Of a stretch of 64,000 nucleotides of DNA, positions 1 through 13,628 are shown piece by piece (position 1 is the first letter of the stretch; every line of letters begins with the position of its first letter). Position numbers and translations under genes: made by a program. The DNA comes from Eledone cirrhosa (taxonomy: Eukaryota): assembly GCA_964016885.1 (NCBI GenBank), contig OZ024742.1, positions 171,802,001-171,866,000 on the forward strand. The letters run 5' to 3'. The notes under the pieces were generated by a model. That model was not told where the DNA came from and did no database searches. It worked only from the letters and a program-made list of their open reading frames with translations.

Positions 1-82
1 GTATATACAAGTACATACATATGTACATACATGTATATACATATGTACATACACATATATATATGTATATATTCGTACATGC

Positions 83-117
<35 letters not shown>

Positions 118-1007
118 CATATATATATATACAATAAAGAACCATGTCTGTTCCCGTTTATGCATAAATATATCATTAACTACAGATGCACATAAACATA
201 TACTTATATTAGCCATGTATACTTACAGAAGTAATAAATGCTGGTTTAGTATGAAGCACACATTAGATAAGAAGGCTATGTAAATATGTAGGCTTGCAAA
301 TGTGCACCTATGTGTGTCTGAAAATATGTTTTTGTGTCTCTGCATATGAGTATATAATGTGTATGTAATAATTATATGTCTATGCAAATATACGTGTATG
401 TAAATATATATATGTGTATTTGACTATGTGTGTGTTTACACATTTATATTTACGTGTGTATGTAAATGTAAGAATTTATACGTGTCTCTCGTGTTGTGTC
501 TATGTGCATATGTAAATATGTGTGTGCGTGTGTGTGTGATGGGGGTTATCCGTTCATGTAGACAGAGAGGATACAGTAAATGAAAACAAATGTGTTGGGT
601 ATTTGAAGAGAGAGAAAGAGAAATGGATGGAAAGAGAGAGAAGTGCAGAGAGAGCGTGGAGGAACGAGAGAGAAAATGAGTAAGAGACTGTAACGGAGAG
701 AGAGAAATTGTTAGAAAGAAAGAACTATATAGAGAACATTAAAAAGATGGCTAGACAAGGAAGAAAGAAATTAAAATAAAAAGAATAGATGCTGTGGTGA
801 AGGCAGCTGATTAGATAAATGGTTAGCATTATCTCTAACTATCCAAGGTAAGTAAGCTAATAAAATATACAGAATATCGATTACTAATACTGATAGACTG
901 ATTTGCCTGATCATACTAAAAGCAAGTATATGTCTGAATCATTCACTCTCCTTCATAACCTCCCCCTTCTCTCAATCTATCAAAATCTACCACGATGTAT
1001 ATATATA

Positions 1008-1155
1008 TGTAATAGAAAAAAAAACCCAGAAAGTTTCGTTTACATATGAAAAATATTTATTTTGTATCAACCTGTTACGCGCGTTTCGCAGAGGATTAGC
1101 TCGAGGTGGCCAATAGAAATTAGAGACCCGACTCCATTATCGATCTGCTCCTCAC
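1008..1155 (-). mobile_element. PLE-type 3' end with truncated hammerhead ribozyme
   Basis: Minus strand reads TGAGGA-GCAGA...TCTGC-GAAA-CGCGCGTA-ACAGG (stem II GCAGA/TCTGC, palindromic stem III). C3 and the 5' stem I arm are replaced by a CA repeat; the element ends in (TA)n. Confidence 0.55.
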
Positions 1156-1480
1156 ACAAACACACACATATATATAGAAATTATTCCTTTGATTCTACAC
1201 CCTGAAAGTAAACGCCAAAATTCGGCTAGCATATACTTCCTCTTTTGAAGAAGTTCACGTGACGACACAGGCTAAAATGCATCTGTCGTCATAACGATGT
1301 TTGGATACAAGGAACAACACTTGCTGATGGTCGGTTTTCCGGCTCCATAGTGGGAGTGCACACATGTATTGCATGTGCATTATGCAGCTTGTTATGTCAC
1401 TTCCAACATTCCCAGAAACCTATCTGAGATCTTTGTGTAATCTTGATGGTATTATACAATAAGTCAACCATGATACTACA

Positions 1481-2027
1481 ATAATTGTTTCTACTTTTGG
1501 CACAAGGCCAGCAATTAACCAGTACATTACTGGTACTTCATTTTACCGACCCCGTAAGGATGAAAGGCAAAGTTAACCTCGGTGGGATTTGAACTCAGAC
1601 TGTAAAGCGACGTAACTGTGCTGGAAAGCATGGCGTCCGACTCTCTATCATAGAAGTAATAATTGTTTCAACTTTTGGCACAAGGCCAGCAATTACCCAG
1701 TGTATTACTGGTACTTTATTTTATCGACCCGTAAGGATGAAAGGCAAAGTTAACCTCGGTGGGATTTGAACTCAGACTGTAAAGCGACGTAACTGTGCTG
1801 GAAAGCATGGCGTCCGACTCTCTATCATAGAAGTAATAATTGTTTCAACTTTTGGCACAAGGCCAGCAATTACCCAGTGTATTACTGGTACTTTATTTTA
1901 TCGACCCGTAAGGATGAAAGGCAAAGTTAACCTCGGCCGGATTTGAACTCAGAATGGCAAGGGCCGTAACTCTATGCGTCAAAGCATGGCGTCCGAGCCT
2001 CTACCGATACTGCCAATCCACCGCCAT
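1481..2027 (-). mobile_element. Three tandem copies of a tRNA-derived SINE (~178-bp period)
   Basis: Repeated ataattgtttctacttttggcacaaggccagcaatt...ggatgaaaggcaaagttaacctcgg...tttgaactcag. The reverse complement has a B box (GAGTTCAAATCC), an A-box-like TGGCAGTATCGGT and a core GCCTTTCATCCTTACGGGGTCGATAAA resembling the MetaSINE-type domain. Confidence 0.85.
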
Positions 2028-2229
2028 ATCATAGAAGTAATAATGTACGGAAATGAGATATGATAGTTGGCTAAACTCATGGAAGAGAAGCGCTAAGAAT
2101 AACACAAATCTGTTGGCAAATGTACATGTAGGAATCACTAAAATCGATAGAATACTTGTTAATCGATAATAGATCAAATAAATGTACAATATATCAATAA
2201 ATCGTATTAAGAAGACAACAGTCAGGTGA

Positions 2230-2530
2230 GTGTGATGGGCCTACAACGGTTCCGATGACGCGTGTACTAATACCGTGATAAACGGAAATGACTGTTCGTG
2301 AAATTAACGTGCAAATGGCAGAGAATTCCACAGACATGTGTACACTTAATTTAGTTCTCCCAGAGAATCACCGTCACACAATGTGTGGCATGGCCGTTTG
2401 ATTCAGTTGAGTGAATTAGAGTAAAGTGAAATATAATCTTCCTCGAGGACACGACGTGCCGCAAGGTATTGAATTTACATTTACCGTTGTGAGACGTGTA
2501 CAATAAACATTAGGCAAGGCGCCTTCACAA
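2230..2530 (-). mobile_element. Second, older SINE-like interspersed repeat
   Basis: cgtgaaattaacgtgcaaatggcagagaattccacagacatgtgtacacttaat; degenerate relatives at ~10550-10780, 30640-30840 and 54590-54720 (inverted). A tRNA-head-like end lies at 2505-2527 on the minus strand. Confidence 0.5.
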
Positions 2531-2559
2531 TAGGTTTGTTGAGAGAAATATTAGAATAG

Positions 2560-2850
2560 CTAAGAATAAGTGTGAGTGAATAAGTAAAATTAAGAATGTT
2601 AGCATGTGTAACACTAAGATTACTTCAATATAGACGTTAAAGAATAATAGACTGTAATAGGAATATGCAAAAATAAGTGCGTGCGAATATGGAAGACTAG
2701 CAATGATAGAAGAATGTTAGAATATGTAAAATTAGCATTGTTTGAATTGTCCAGAATAGAAATATCAGTACATGTAAGAATAGGAACGTTAAAATATGTA
2801 AGAATAGGAATGTCAGAATATATATGAATAGGAATGTTAGAATAGATAAT
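2560..2850. repeat. Degenerate ~24-bp tandem repeat (aagaataggaatgttagaatatgt)
   Basis: Several imperfect copies are visible. Confidence 0.6.
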
Positions 2851-2958
2851 TTTGGGAAAATAAACACCTGAACTTTAACAGAATTAGATACATACTGAAT
2901 GGCACTGGAAAGAATAATGACTCCATGCTGAAGGGTAAAATATAGCTCTCAGCGTACG

Positions 2959-3018
<60 letters not shown>

Positions 3019-4000
3019 CATCATCATCATCATCCTCGTTTAACGTCCACTTTCCACGCTCGCATATATATATATGTAAAAGGTAATGAGAAATAACAGC
3101 TCAGTCCGTACAGTATATTAGGTTAACGCTTGAAATTGCAGGAAGCGGGTCTCTGTTTGTTTTCGCCAAAATCCTGTTTCTTATATAATTAATTCTGCAA
3201 TTAACACTTGATGTAATCGCGTGGGTCTTGTATCATGTTCGGATGATAAAGCTGTATCATTGAAATATGTATAGGGCTTTCGTAGAATTTAAATGATAAA
3301 TTTTCCAGTCCGGCCTTCTTTTAATGTTTTTAATGAATATTTCACTGCGTTGCTGCACAAACAAATGGATTCCTCATCTACAACGATGGATGAACTCCAT
3401 AACGTCGAGTGCTTTAATTTATTGCATCATTATTCACTACCTGGAAACGCCAGTTCCACCTATTGGTAAATAACGTAACACAAACATGATATATATATAT
3501 ATTCATTCCCAAATGTGCACTAAACATATACTATATTAGCTGACCTACTTCTATATTGGAGTGTTTTAATAACAATTTATACAAATATATTTCTTCAGTA
3601 CTTATATAGTTACCTCTAGATTTCCACCATGTTTGGATAAGACACTAAATATTTCTTTTCTGGCCTTGTGCCGAAAATAGAAACAATTATTATCGTTAAT
3701 ATAATCATGACCGTTGCTACTACAAATACTACTTTCACTGCTAGCATTACGACAAACATGATTACTATTACTAAATGTTTTCGATTACACCAGCTTTCCT
3801 GGTCGTCATTTGCTGTGGTGAGTAATATTGAGAATTCAAACCCAACCCGGCGCTCGATTACTTAAAATCCTTCGAAGGTGATCCAATTTCTGCCACCAAA
3901 AAAATGTACATTTGCAAACTAAATTCCACATCTGTTATTTCACAATCACTCCACAGATTCAAAAGGTTTCTCCTTGACCCCCTAGTATTATTATTCGGAT

Positions 4001-4260
4001 TGGCAGTATCGTTAGAGGGTCGGACGCAATGCTTTACAGCATAGAGTCACGGCCCTTTACGGTCTGAGTTCAAATCCCGCCGAGGTTAACTTTGCCTTTC
4101 ATACTGACGGGATAGATAAAATAAAGCACCAGTAATACACTGGGATAATTGCTGGCCTTGTGCCAAAAGTAGTAACAATTATTATTAGATGACAAAGTAC
4201 CAGTTAATTAAACGATGTTCCATTTCCCAGTAATTGCTGGCCTTGTGCTTAAATTAGAAA
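4001..4260 (+). mobile_element. tRNA-derived SINE with partial tail duplicate
   Basis: tggcagtatcgttagaggg...gagttcaaatcccgccgaggttaactttgcctttcat...gctggccttgtgccaaaagtag. Confidence 0.85.
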
Positions 4261-4329
4261 TCATCCTTATTATTATAATCATATAAATTATCATTGTTAT
4301 TATCATCATCACGCTACGACTACAACATC

Positions 4330-4330
4330 A

Positions 4331-4375
<45 letters not shown>

Positions 4376-4394
4376 GCTGCTGCTGTTGCTGCTG

Positions 4395-4462
<68 letters not shown>

Positions 4463-4474
4463 ACTACTACAACA

Positions 4475-4545
<71 letters not shown>
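4330..4545. repeat. (ACT)n/(GCT)n microsatellite
   Basis: Direct observation; it explains the poly-Y/L/S ORFs. Confidence 0.95.
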
Positions 4546-4547
<2 letters not shown>

Positions 4548-4886
4548 GTCATTGGTATTATTATCCTCATTGGCAAAATTTTCCGCATGCATTCATCTCT
4601 ACAATACATATAACTATATGGCATCCATATTCAAAACTGTGAGGAGGAAGAGGATGAGATGTAATAGTGTAGTAGTAGGAGTGTGAGAAAGTTGGAAAAG
4701 AGAGGGGGGGGGGAGGCGAATAGAAAAGCGAATATTCCTCTATTTGTCTATTTATTTTTCTTTTATTACTTTCTTATCTTACTTATTTATCTCTTTTTAT
4801 TTAACCATGTTTTTTCGAAGAAAATGAATAGTAAACGTAATTAGACTTCGAGTCACAGAAGCACTTGATGGCAAAACTAAATTATC

Positions 4887-4943
<57 letters not shown>

Positions 4944-4950
4944 TTCTTCT

Positions 4951-4985
<35 letters not shown>

Positions 4986-5455
4986 TTCTTATTATTATTA
5001 TTATTATTATTACTATTATTATTATTATATTTTTTATTATTATCATTATTATTATCATTATTATTATTATTGTTATTATTAATATTATTGCTGTTGCTGT
5101 TGTTGTTGCTGTTGTTGTTGTTGTTATCGACTGCAATATGTATATCAGAGAAGATGAAATTTTAATGAATATCGTGGAAGAAAAATAAAATGCCTAATAA
5201 TAACAACAATAATAACATGACAAACGATGCTGGAGAATTAACATTGCCACCATCTTTCTTCTTCCCACGCTTTAATAAAAAACACTACTGTACAGAAATT
5301 TACAGGAAAACTTGTAAATGCAAATGTGAAAAGCTAATTTTCTATATATATATATATATCTGCTGGGAATTTCAATAATATATATATATATGTATGTGTG
5401 TGTGTGTGTGTCTCTGTATATGTATATATGTATGTACGTAAGTATGCATGCATAT

Positions 5456-5511
<56 letters not shown>

Positions 5512-6236
5512 CATATGCATATTATATATAATATGCATACATACGTACATACATATATACATATATACATATATATCTTTCAATAGCGCACTCGTTCTTT
5601 TTTTAATACCGCTTCTTATATATGAAAATATTATATGTTCATGTCACCCGTCGATAGTGTATCATCCATTCCTGCGCATTCATCAGTCGCTGCGGAATAA
5701 CGCGGCAAACAGATAAGTAGTTTATGCGGCTAGTAATATCTATAGAGGAAGACATCTATTAAACGATATTTTGTGGGCTATTTATTGCCACACAATGTTA
5801 ACTGGGATATCCGGTATTAGATTGTCACTGAATAATCATGGTCAGTTCCCACACGGAACATACAAAGAACGAAAGCACCGCTGATTGACATTGGTAAGCA
5901 GTTCACATGTAGGTCAGGAATTGCAGAAGACATACTGATTGTCAATTAAGTGTTTTTGAAGTCGGTTGTTGTAAACGACTGTCACCATCACATTCGAGAA
6001 TTTGAAAATAGGGCTTGTTTGGGAGATGTTTATCAAGAAGAATATGACGAAGGCGATGGTTTCTGACACCTGACTAACACAGGAGGCTTAGCGTTGAAGC
6101 ACAAGTGTTGTCAGTGGGCTCACGATTCGGTCGGGCAACAAACCGCGTATTTCCATGTCCATATGCTAACATGCATTCATGTATATAAATAGCTGACGCA
6201 ACGGCAGGAGTTCGACCGGCGGGGTCCTGACTATTT

Positions 6237-6578
<342 letters not shown>

Positions 6579-7204
6579 TATATATATATATAAATGCATG
6601 TTTGGAGTTTGAAGCCAGACTATAGAAATTAAAGAAGCTTTATCCATCTTCGTGAAAGATTGGGGTGGCATCTCTGTTGAAGAAGTTTTGAAGGATTCTT
6701 TGTCAATAGTAAAGATGTTGCCGGCAGGTAACCAGAAGAATGATCTGCCAACATTAAGCTTTGCAAGACATTCAAAGCATGAAGTCATGAAGTCAGCCTT
6801 TGCTTTACTGATGGTTGATGCCTTAATGGATGAATAATTTCCTTTTGGTAAACGTGAGTGATTTGCACCAGATATTTTGAATAATTTCCAGCTGCATTGC
6901 AGCTGCATTTTAAAGATGTGATCTGTTGAAAATTTGAGCTTCAGTTGTTTGAGCGATTAAGTGGATCATTATGGATAGTTCTGTGTCATTAACCTGTTCA
7001 ACTGATTCTAATATGTTAGAGTTAAGGAACATTTCTTTTGAATTATAGTGCAAAGAGAACTGACAAAGGTCCGATCTGTTTATTTAGATGAAATATGAAA
7101 TAAAATGGAGCCATAAAAAACGACGTGGGCAACATTAGGAACAACCAAGCATAATTCTAAAGACACTACTAACGATGTCCTAATAATTTTTTTAATGTTC
7201 AAGG

Positions 7205-7420
7205 TAACGTTTGCCACGTCATAGATAGTGAGTTTGGCTTTTAAACCTACCTTGCTCATTTTGCTTACCGAATGCTAAAGCTGGCGCATTACTGAACCAG
7301 GCCCAGCAATTCTTGCACTTAATTAAGCCTCCTACCTTCCATCACCCGTTAACACGCATCCGAAATACTTGAAAATCTCCAACCGCTTCAATGGAACTCT
7401 ATTTACATGTAGATTGCGCT
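7205..7420 (-). pseudogene. Decayed RTE-like LINE reverse transcriptase fragment
   Basis: Minus translation NLHVNRVPLKRLEIFKYFGCVLTGDGR*EA*LSARIAG..VMRQL*..KAKLTIY matches the FKYLG...RI..A thumb region of RTE/CR1-type RTs, with in-frame stops. Confidence 0.65.
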
Positions 7421-7887
7421 GCGCAGGTCTCTTTGAGAGGCTTGTTACATACAATTATAATACAAGAATTTAAATATTTATATTTGAAATTAAAAGCGAT
7501 CTAGCATCATGCGTGGTTCAGATGGACTGGTAACAAAATGAGTAATATGTAAAACATATTTCGTAAAGCATCACAACGTGCAATTATAGTGTACTGATTT
7601 TGGGAGGGATTTTACACATACCCTTCCGAGAAGTTATAGGCTTCTCGCATTATAACGTTTCTTTTAAACGTGCTCAAGTCCATGAGCAAAATAGAAACAT
7701 TTAGAGAAGTAATTCTAGGTGTATAGAAGAAAACGTCGGCGGAGTGTCAAGCGTGAGGTTTTGAGGCTAGGTACCAACTATTACAATCATATTAAGTACA
7801 TTAATTTATATGTATTTTGCTTGACGTTCCTTATCGTTGAAACATGAATATCATCGAATAAGATAACATACACACACATTATATATG

Positions 7888-7926
<39 letters not shown>

Positions 7927-7928
7927 TA

Positions 7929-7961
<33 letters not shown>

Positions 7962-8417
7962 GATATATATATAAATATATATATATATAAATATATATAT
8001 ATGTATATATATATATTTATATACGTATATTATATATTTATATATACGTATTTATATATACCGTATATTACACACACACACACACACACATACACACACA
8101 TACACATAAATATATATATATACACATATATATATATGATTTAGTCGTGTGCACTTTGGGCGGATTATGTGTTAGTTAATCCCTTCCAGCTTTAACAAAT
8201 ACCTCATTCTATTGGATTAAATATGACTTGAACCTGTGTTACTACAGTGAGTAGTTAACAACTACAGCTACAGCAGAAACGTCTAATCCCCTCAGTATTA
8301 ATCCTACCTCATGTTCTAAATAATCTTTCTGTATCTCAACCTCATATTTATTCTCTACATGTGTATCATTAAAGCTTATATTATTCCTACTCTGAACTAC
8401 TTTCAATAAACATACAT

Positions 8418-8497
<80 letters not shown>

Positions 8498-8577
8498 ATA
8501 CGCGCACGCACACACACACACACACACAACCACACACACACATATATCTATATATGTGTGTGTGTGCATATATAAAT

Positions 8578-8619
<42 letters not shown>

Positions 8620-8697
8620 ATGTGTGTGTGTAAATATATATATAAATAAATATATAAATAAATATATAAATAAATATATATATACGTCTATAAATAA

Positions 8698-8736
<39 letters not shown>

Positions 8737-8749
8737 TATATATATATAC

Positions 8750-8780
<31 letters not shown>

Positions 8781-8804
8781 TATGTATATATGTAAATGCA
8801 TATA

Positions 8805-8847
<43 letters not shown>

Positions 8848-8955
8848 TTATTTATGTATATATATATGTCCATTTATTTATATATATGTATATATATATT
8901 TATTTATATATGTATTTATACATTTATATGTATATATATATATATATATTAAATA

Positions 8956-9046
<91 letters not shown>

Positions 9047-9048
<2 letters not shown>

Positions 9049-9209
9049 GGAACAAGTATGACCCCGACGGCAGAGCTCAAGCCGTTTCGAAACGCCTTGA
9101 GTTCTGCCGTCGGGGTCATACTTGTTCCTATTATCCACTCTACTACCCTAAGTATTGAGTACTTTGGTGCGTTATGGTACATCTTGTTCCTTACCACATC
9201 TCCTTCGTT
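9047..9209. mobile_element. Fold-back PLE pLTR remnant (hairpin of HHR 3' half) with extension, in (TA)n
   Basis: Near-perfect inverted repeat 9047-9130 centred on TTTCGAAA. Each arm is GAAA-CGGC..GCCG-TC-GGGGTC (stem III plus GUC site). A second family copy is at 53077-53284. Confidence 0.8.
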
Positions 9210-9258
9210 ATATATACATATATACAAATATAGAGAGAGAGCTAGACCACTGGAAGGT

Positions 9259-9299
9259 CCGAGCTGAAGATCCGCATAAGGTGAAACAATTGTTCTCGG
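9259..9299 (+). ncRNA. Minimal type I hammerhead ribozyme motif
   Basis: CCGAG-CTGAAGA-tCCgcataaGGt-GAAA-CAATTGTT-CTCGG: 5-bp stem I and palindromic stem III; stem II is weak and the triplet is GUU. Confidence 0.7.
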
Positions 9300-9347
9300 T
9301 ATGATGAAGTAACTGTTGTGTTACTACTTATATATATATATATATAT

Positions 9348-10035
9348 TTTTGTTTTGCGAGGATTTTGATATGAAATCGTGTGTCGAAACAAATATTGTA
9401 ATACTTGGGGATGGGCATATTGTTGTAATAATATTGCCAGAATTAATAACAGAACACACTCACTGCTTGGTTGGTTTTCGCTTGTGTATCTTTATATCAG
9501 TTAATTCATTCGGTACTCAATGTTTACCATTGACTGACCTACGGTCAAAAATACAGATATAATATAGACACAAACACATACATATAGTCTAACAAACTTC
9601 CTTCGTTGCACATCTGCAACATCGTCAGTGGTGTTATTATGTTCCTCCTGTTGTATTGTATACTTACGCCATCTTTATTTAATCTGTTTATTTATTTATT
9701 TATTTATTTATTTATATTTCTCCTAGGTCAGTATTATTTGTTTGGGTGGTTTTGTTATTCCATTCATTTTTTCTGTTTAGCTTTGCCCTTGTACCTTCTA
9801 TTTCACTTGCCTCTCTGATTTGCCTATCTGCTGGGTCATTTCTATGATTAGATAATATTTTAATTTCTATGTTGTCTATCTTACCGTTATGTTGTTGTCT
9901 GGCGTGTTCGTATAGCACTGAACCGTTTTTTCGTCCTTTTAGTTCCCCCCAGTGATGGTCTATCCTTTCACCTATGCTACGAGCTGTCTCGCTTATGTAT
10001 GTTGACATGTTTCTGCAGAAACATGACAACAACAT
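9348..10035 (-). mobile_element. 5'-truncated Neptune-like PLE (GIY-YIG C-terminus plus pLTR)
   Basis: ORF 9712-10035 (YISETARSIGERIDHHWGELKG...RQIREA...LNRKNEW) is near-identical to 61400-61700, and the 3' UTR matches 61900-62287. Confidence 0.9.
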
Positions 10036-10048
10036 ATGTGTGTGTGTG

Positions 10049-10142
<94 letters not shown>

Positions 10143-10261
10143 CGCGCGCAAATGTATGTAGGCGCCTCCATGTATATATTTATATGATTTTCTTTTCATT
10201 CTGGTGAATAAATAGACCATTAGAACCAAGAACCAACCGTACGTGGCGTCATTATATATAT

Positions 10262-10382
10262 GATCTGAGTTCAAATCCCGCCGAAGTTAACTTTGCCTTT
10301 CATCCTTCCGGGGTCGATAGAATAAAGTACCAGTAATGCATTGGGTGATTGCTGGCTTTGTGCCAAAAGTAGAAGCAATTAT
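10262..10382 (+). mobile_element. SINE (5'-truncated)
   Basis: B box, core and tail of the dominant SINE. Confidence 0.8.
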
Positions 10383-11292
10383 ATAAATGCTTTGAAGAAA
10401 AATGCAGAGCAGACGATGGTTAAAAAATGGTGCTTATAATGATATAAAATGCAGAAGAAACATATAATATCGTATTTAAACACATACTATTATATTTTAA
10501 AAGGTTATATAGTGCTGTATATGCTGTGTTTTTGTTCCCGTCGGTTCCGAAGAGGAGTGTTTCAGTTGCATAATCACGGAACCAGCTTGCTCGTTGACCA
10601 TTCTAATATTGCATGTGCACTTGATATATTTCTCAGGGAGATTCAATATGACAGAATGCGCGATAATGCTGGTCATTCCAATTACAGGATGAACTCTTTT
10701 TTTGAAAACTGAATGAATTGGAGTAACGTGAAATAAAATGTTTTGCTGTATGGAAACAACCCGCCGCCGGAAAACGTACTCACGACCTTTACTAATGTTT
10801 ACTGAACACAAGAACCACCATAAATATGAGCTGAAAACTTTAACGAATATTCTACGCACATTCACAAAGTGTTGTATAATGTAGAAATAAATATTTTCCT
10901 TCGAGAAATTTGTGAAATAATAGTTGATATCATAACATTAAAGATTTGATATCTATCATGCTTGCACTGGCATTTACTCATCTTACATTTACGCCCAGGC
11001 GATGTGTTGTGGTCTGGCACAAAATACTTTATTTTGCATTGCTTCTTCTGAAACGATTTCCGATCAGAGGATATTATCAGCAATGTTAAGATGAATGGAA
11101 ATATTGTTTCTTTGGTTCGGTTAGAGTCTAATCATTAGAGGATAGGCTCGTTTCTTGTCCGACAGGAATTGGGACCAACACATAACAGAGGTATTGGGAA
11201 GTTCAACGGGAATATTGTTTCCTACGTCTGATCACCTAATAGGCTATTTTTACTTCGTATACTCCCCCCCCCCCCCCCCCACACACACACAT

Positions 11293-11336
<44 letters not shown>

Positions 11337-11339
<3 letters not shown>

Positions 11340-11525
11340 CTGTTTCTACTTTTGGCACAAGGCCAGCAATTATCCTAATGTATTACTGGTACTTTATTTT
11401 ATCGACCCCGTAAGGATGAAAAGCAAAGTTAACCTCGGCGGGATTTGAACTCAGAATGGAAAAGGCCGTACCTCTTTGCGTCAAAGCATGTCGTCCGACC
11501 CTCTACCGATGCTGCCAATCCACCG
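11337..11525 (-). mobile_element. SINE
   Basis: Full match to the dominant SINE consensus. Confidence 0.85.
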
Positions 11526-11531
11526 TGTGAA

Positions 11532-11607
<76 letters not shown>

Positions 11608-12157
11608 AGATGTGTAACTACAGTTACGGACGGTGAATCGTTTAAGGCACTCAATAAGGTCCGTCTCGTTTGGGTTGCATTCCAAATTTACAGCGACTGT
11701 AGTGCACACAATGTATATAGATAATCTATCTATTTATTTATCTATCTATCTATCTACCTATCTATCTCTATATATGTATATACTGTTACAATTTGGGAGG
11801 GTCATGCAGCCTATAAAATCACGCGCATCTCCCTCTTTTGTTCTGTTCTACATCATCTTAATTTTGTGTGCTGTGTCATCATACAAACATAAGATGGTGT
11901 AGGACAGAACAAATGAGAGACACAAAACAACAAAATAGACACTGGGGAGATCTCAGAATATATGACGAAAGAGCTTTGACAATAAATAAACACCCATTCG
12001 GTTTTTAATCCAACCAACTAGAAATTTGTAATAAAATGAAGTGAAAACTATCAGGTGCATGTGCTTTTATTTGCAGCATGACCCTCTCAAATTATAACAA
12101 TATCTGTTTCAACACAAGCTTTTAAATAAGAAATCTTGCATAACAAATACAAAAACG

Positions 12158-12206
<49 letters not shown>

Positions 12207-12677
12207 GTGGTAAATATATACGTGTATTATTTGCAGCATATTATTAACACGCATATTGAAGAGAATGTCAAAAAAATTCTGAAAGTCTAACGCCCATCTT
12301 TTGATCAAGTTGAGCCTGTCAATCCGCAAGAAAAATCTGAAAGCCAAAAAATCTATCTATATGCCGGAAGAAAGTCACATGATCAAATGAACAAAACGCT
12401 TATACCGTTCCTTCATGCATGCATAAATACGTGATGGTTTGAGCAGTTTCTATATGCATATGCACTGTTGCTGAACTAAATAACTCCCTGAATTACATGC
12501 TGGGTAGTATGTCAATGCATGTCAGATAGAGGAGATCCTTCACACACCCTCTGCAGCGCCATTGCTCTACAGCTTACTACTATCTTAAGACGTAACACGA
12601 TTTCATTTCTTGTTTTGTTCTGTTATTTGCCTTGCTTTCCTTCATCAATGCAAGTGCTGCTGCTGCTGCTGCTGCTG

Positions 12678-12722
<45 letters not shown>

Positions 12723-13531
12723 CTACTACTAATACTACTACTACTAAAACCAGTACTAAAACTAATAATAATTGTTTCTACTTTCGGCACAAGGTCAGCA
12801 AATACCCAGTACATTACTGGTACTTTATTTTATCGACCTCTGTATGGATGAAAGGCAAATCTAATAACGATAAGATAATAATTGGGAATAAAATCAAAAT
12901 GCAGAAAAGAAGGAGGAGAAGAAGAAGGCAATGGAGGAGGAAGAGGAGGAAGAGGAGGAGGATAAGGCGGACAAGAAGAAGAAGAAGAAGAAGAAGAAGA
13001 AAGGGGGAGGAGGAGGAGAAGAAGAAGAAGAAGACTGAATCGTGGAGAACGCGTCAGAAATCCTGAAATGTGTGTTGGCGTGTATGTATAGCCCTATGTG
13101 CTTATATGCCTCTGTGTGTGTGTGTATGTGTGTGTGTGACTGCGCATCTGTGTATCTGTGTATGTGTGTGCGTGTGTGTTGTTTACTTGTAGCTACTAGG
13201 TTATTTGCACTGCACTGAAGGAAGACATATTTAGTGAGAGTGGAAATGGGTCTTCTTCCTAGAAATAATGGAGTGAATTATTGGCTTGGTGTCAACAGGC
13301 GAAACTGCAGGTATTAATTCTTGGTGTATGTCAGACAAATTTCTATCGATTTATGTATTACATACACAGATACATAGATAAATATATACACAAATACACA
13401 GGTTCTGGTGTTGCTGGTGATGATATTGATGATTTGAGATACACACACACACATATATGAATACGTATTTATATCTATTGCATTATCTATATCTATATGT
13501 ATATATATATATATCTGTGTGTGTGTGTGTG

Positions 13532-13628
<97 letters not shown>

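Noticed and set aside
4001-4082. tRNA gene
   Set aside because: The A/B boxes belong to the SINE head; no cloverleaf is evident.
10540-11060. Hydrophobic translation suggesting a decayed GPCR
   Set aside because: Many stops, and 10550-10780 is a degenerate copy of the repeat at 2230-2530.
11610-12588. Two plus-strand mini-exons (CVTTVTDGESFKALNK / IEEILHTPSAAPLLYSLLLS*)
   Set aside because: They are phase-compatible but have weak splice signals and no recognisable homology.
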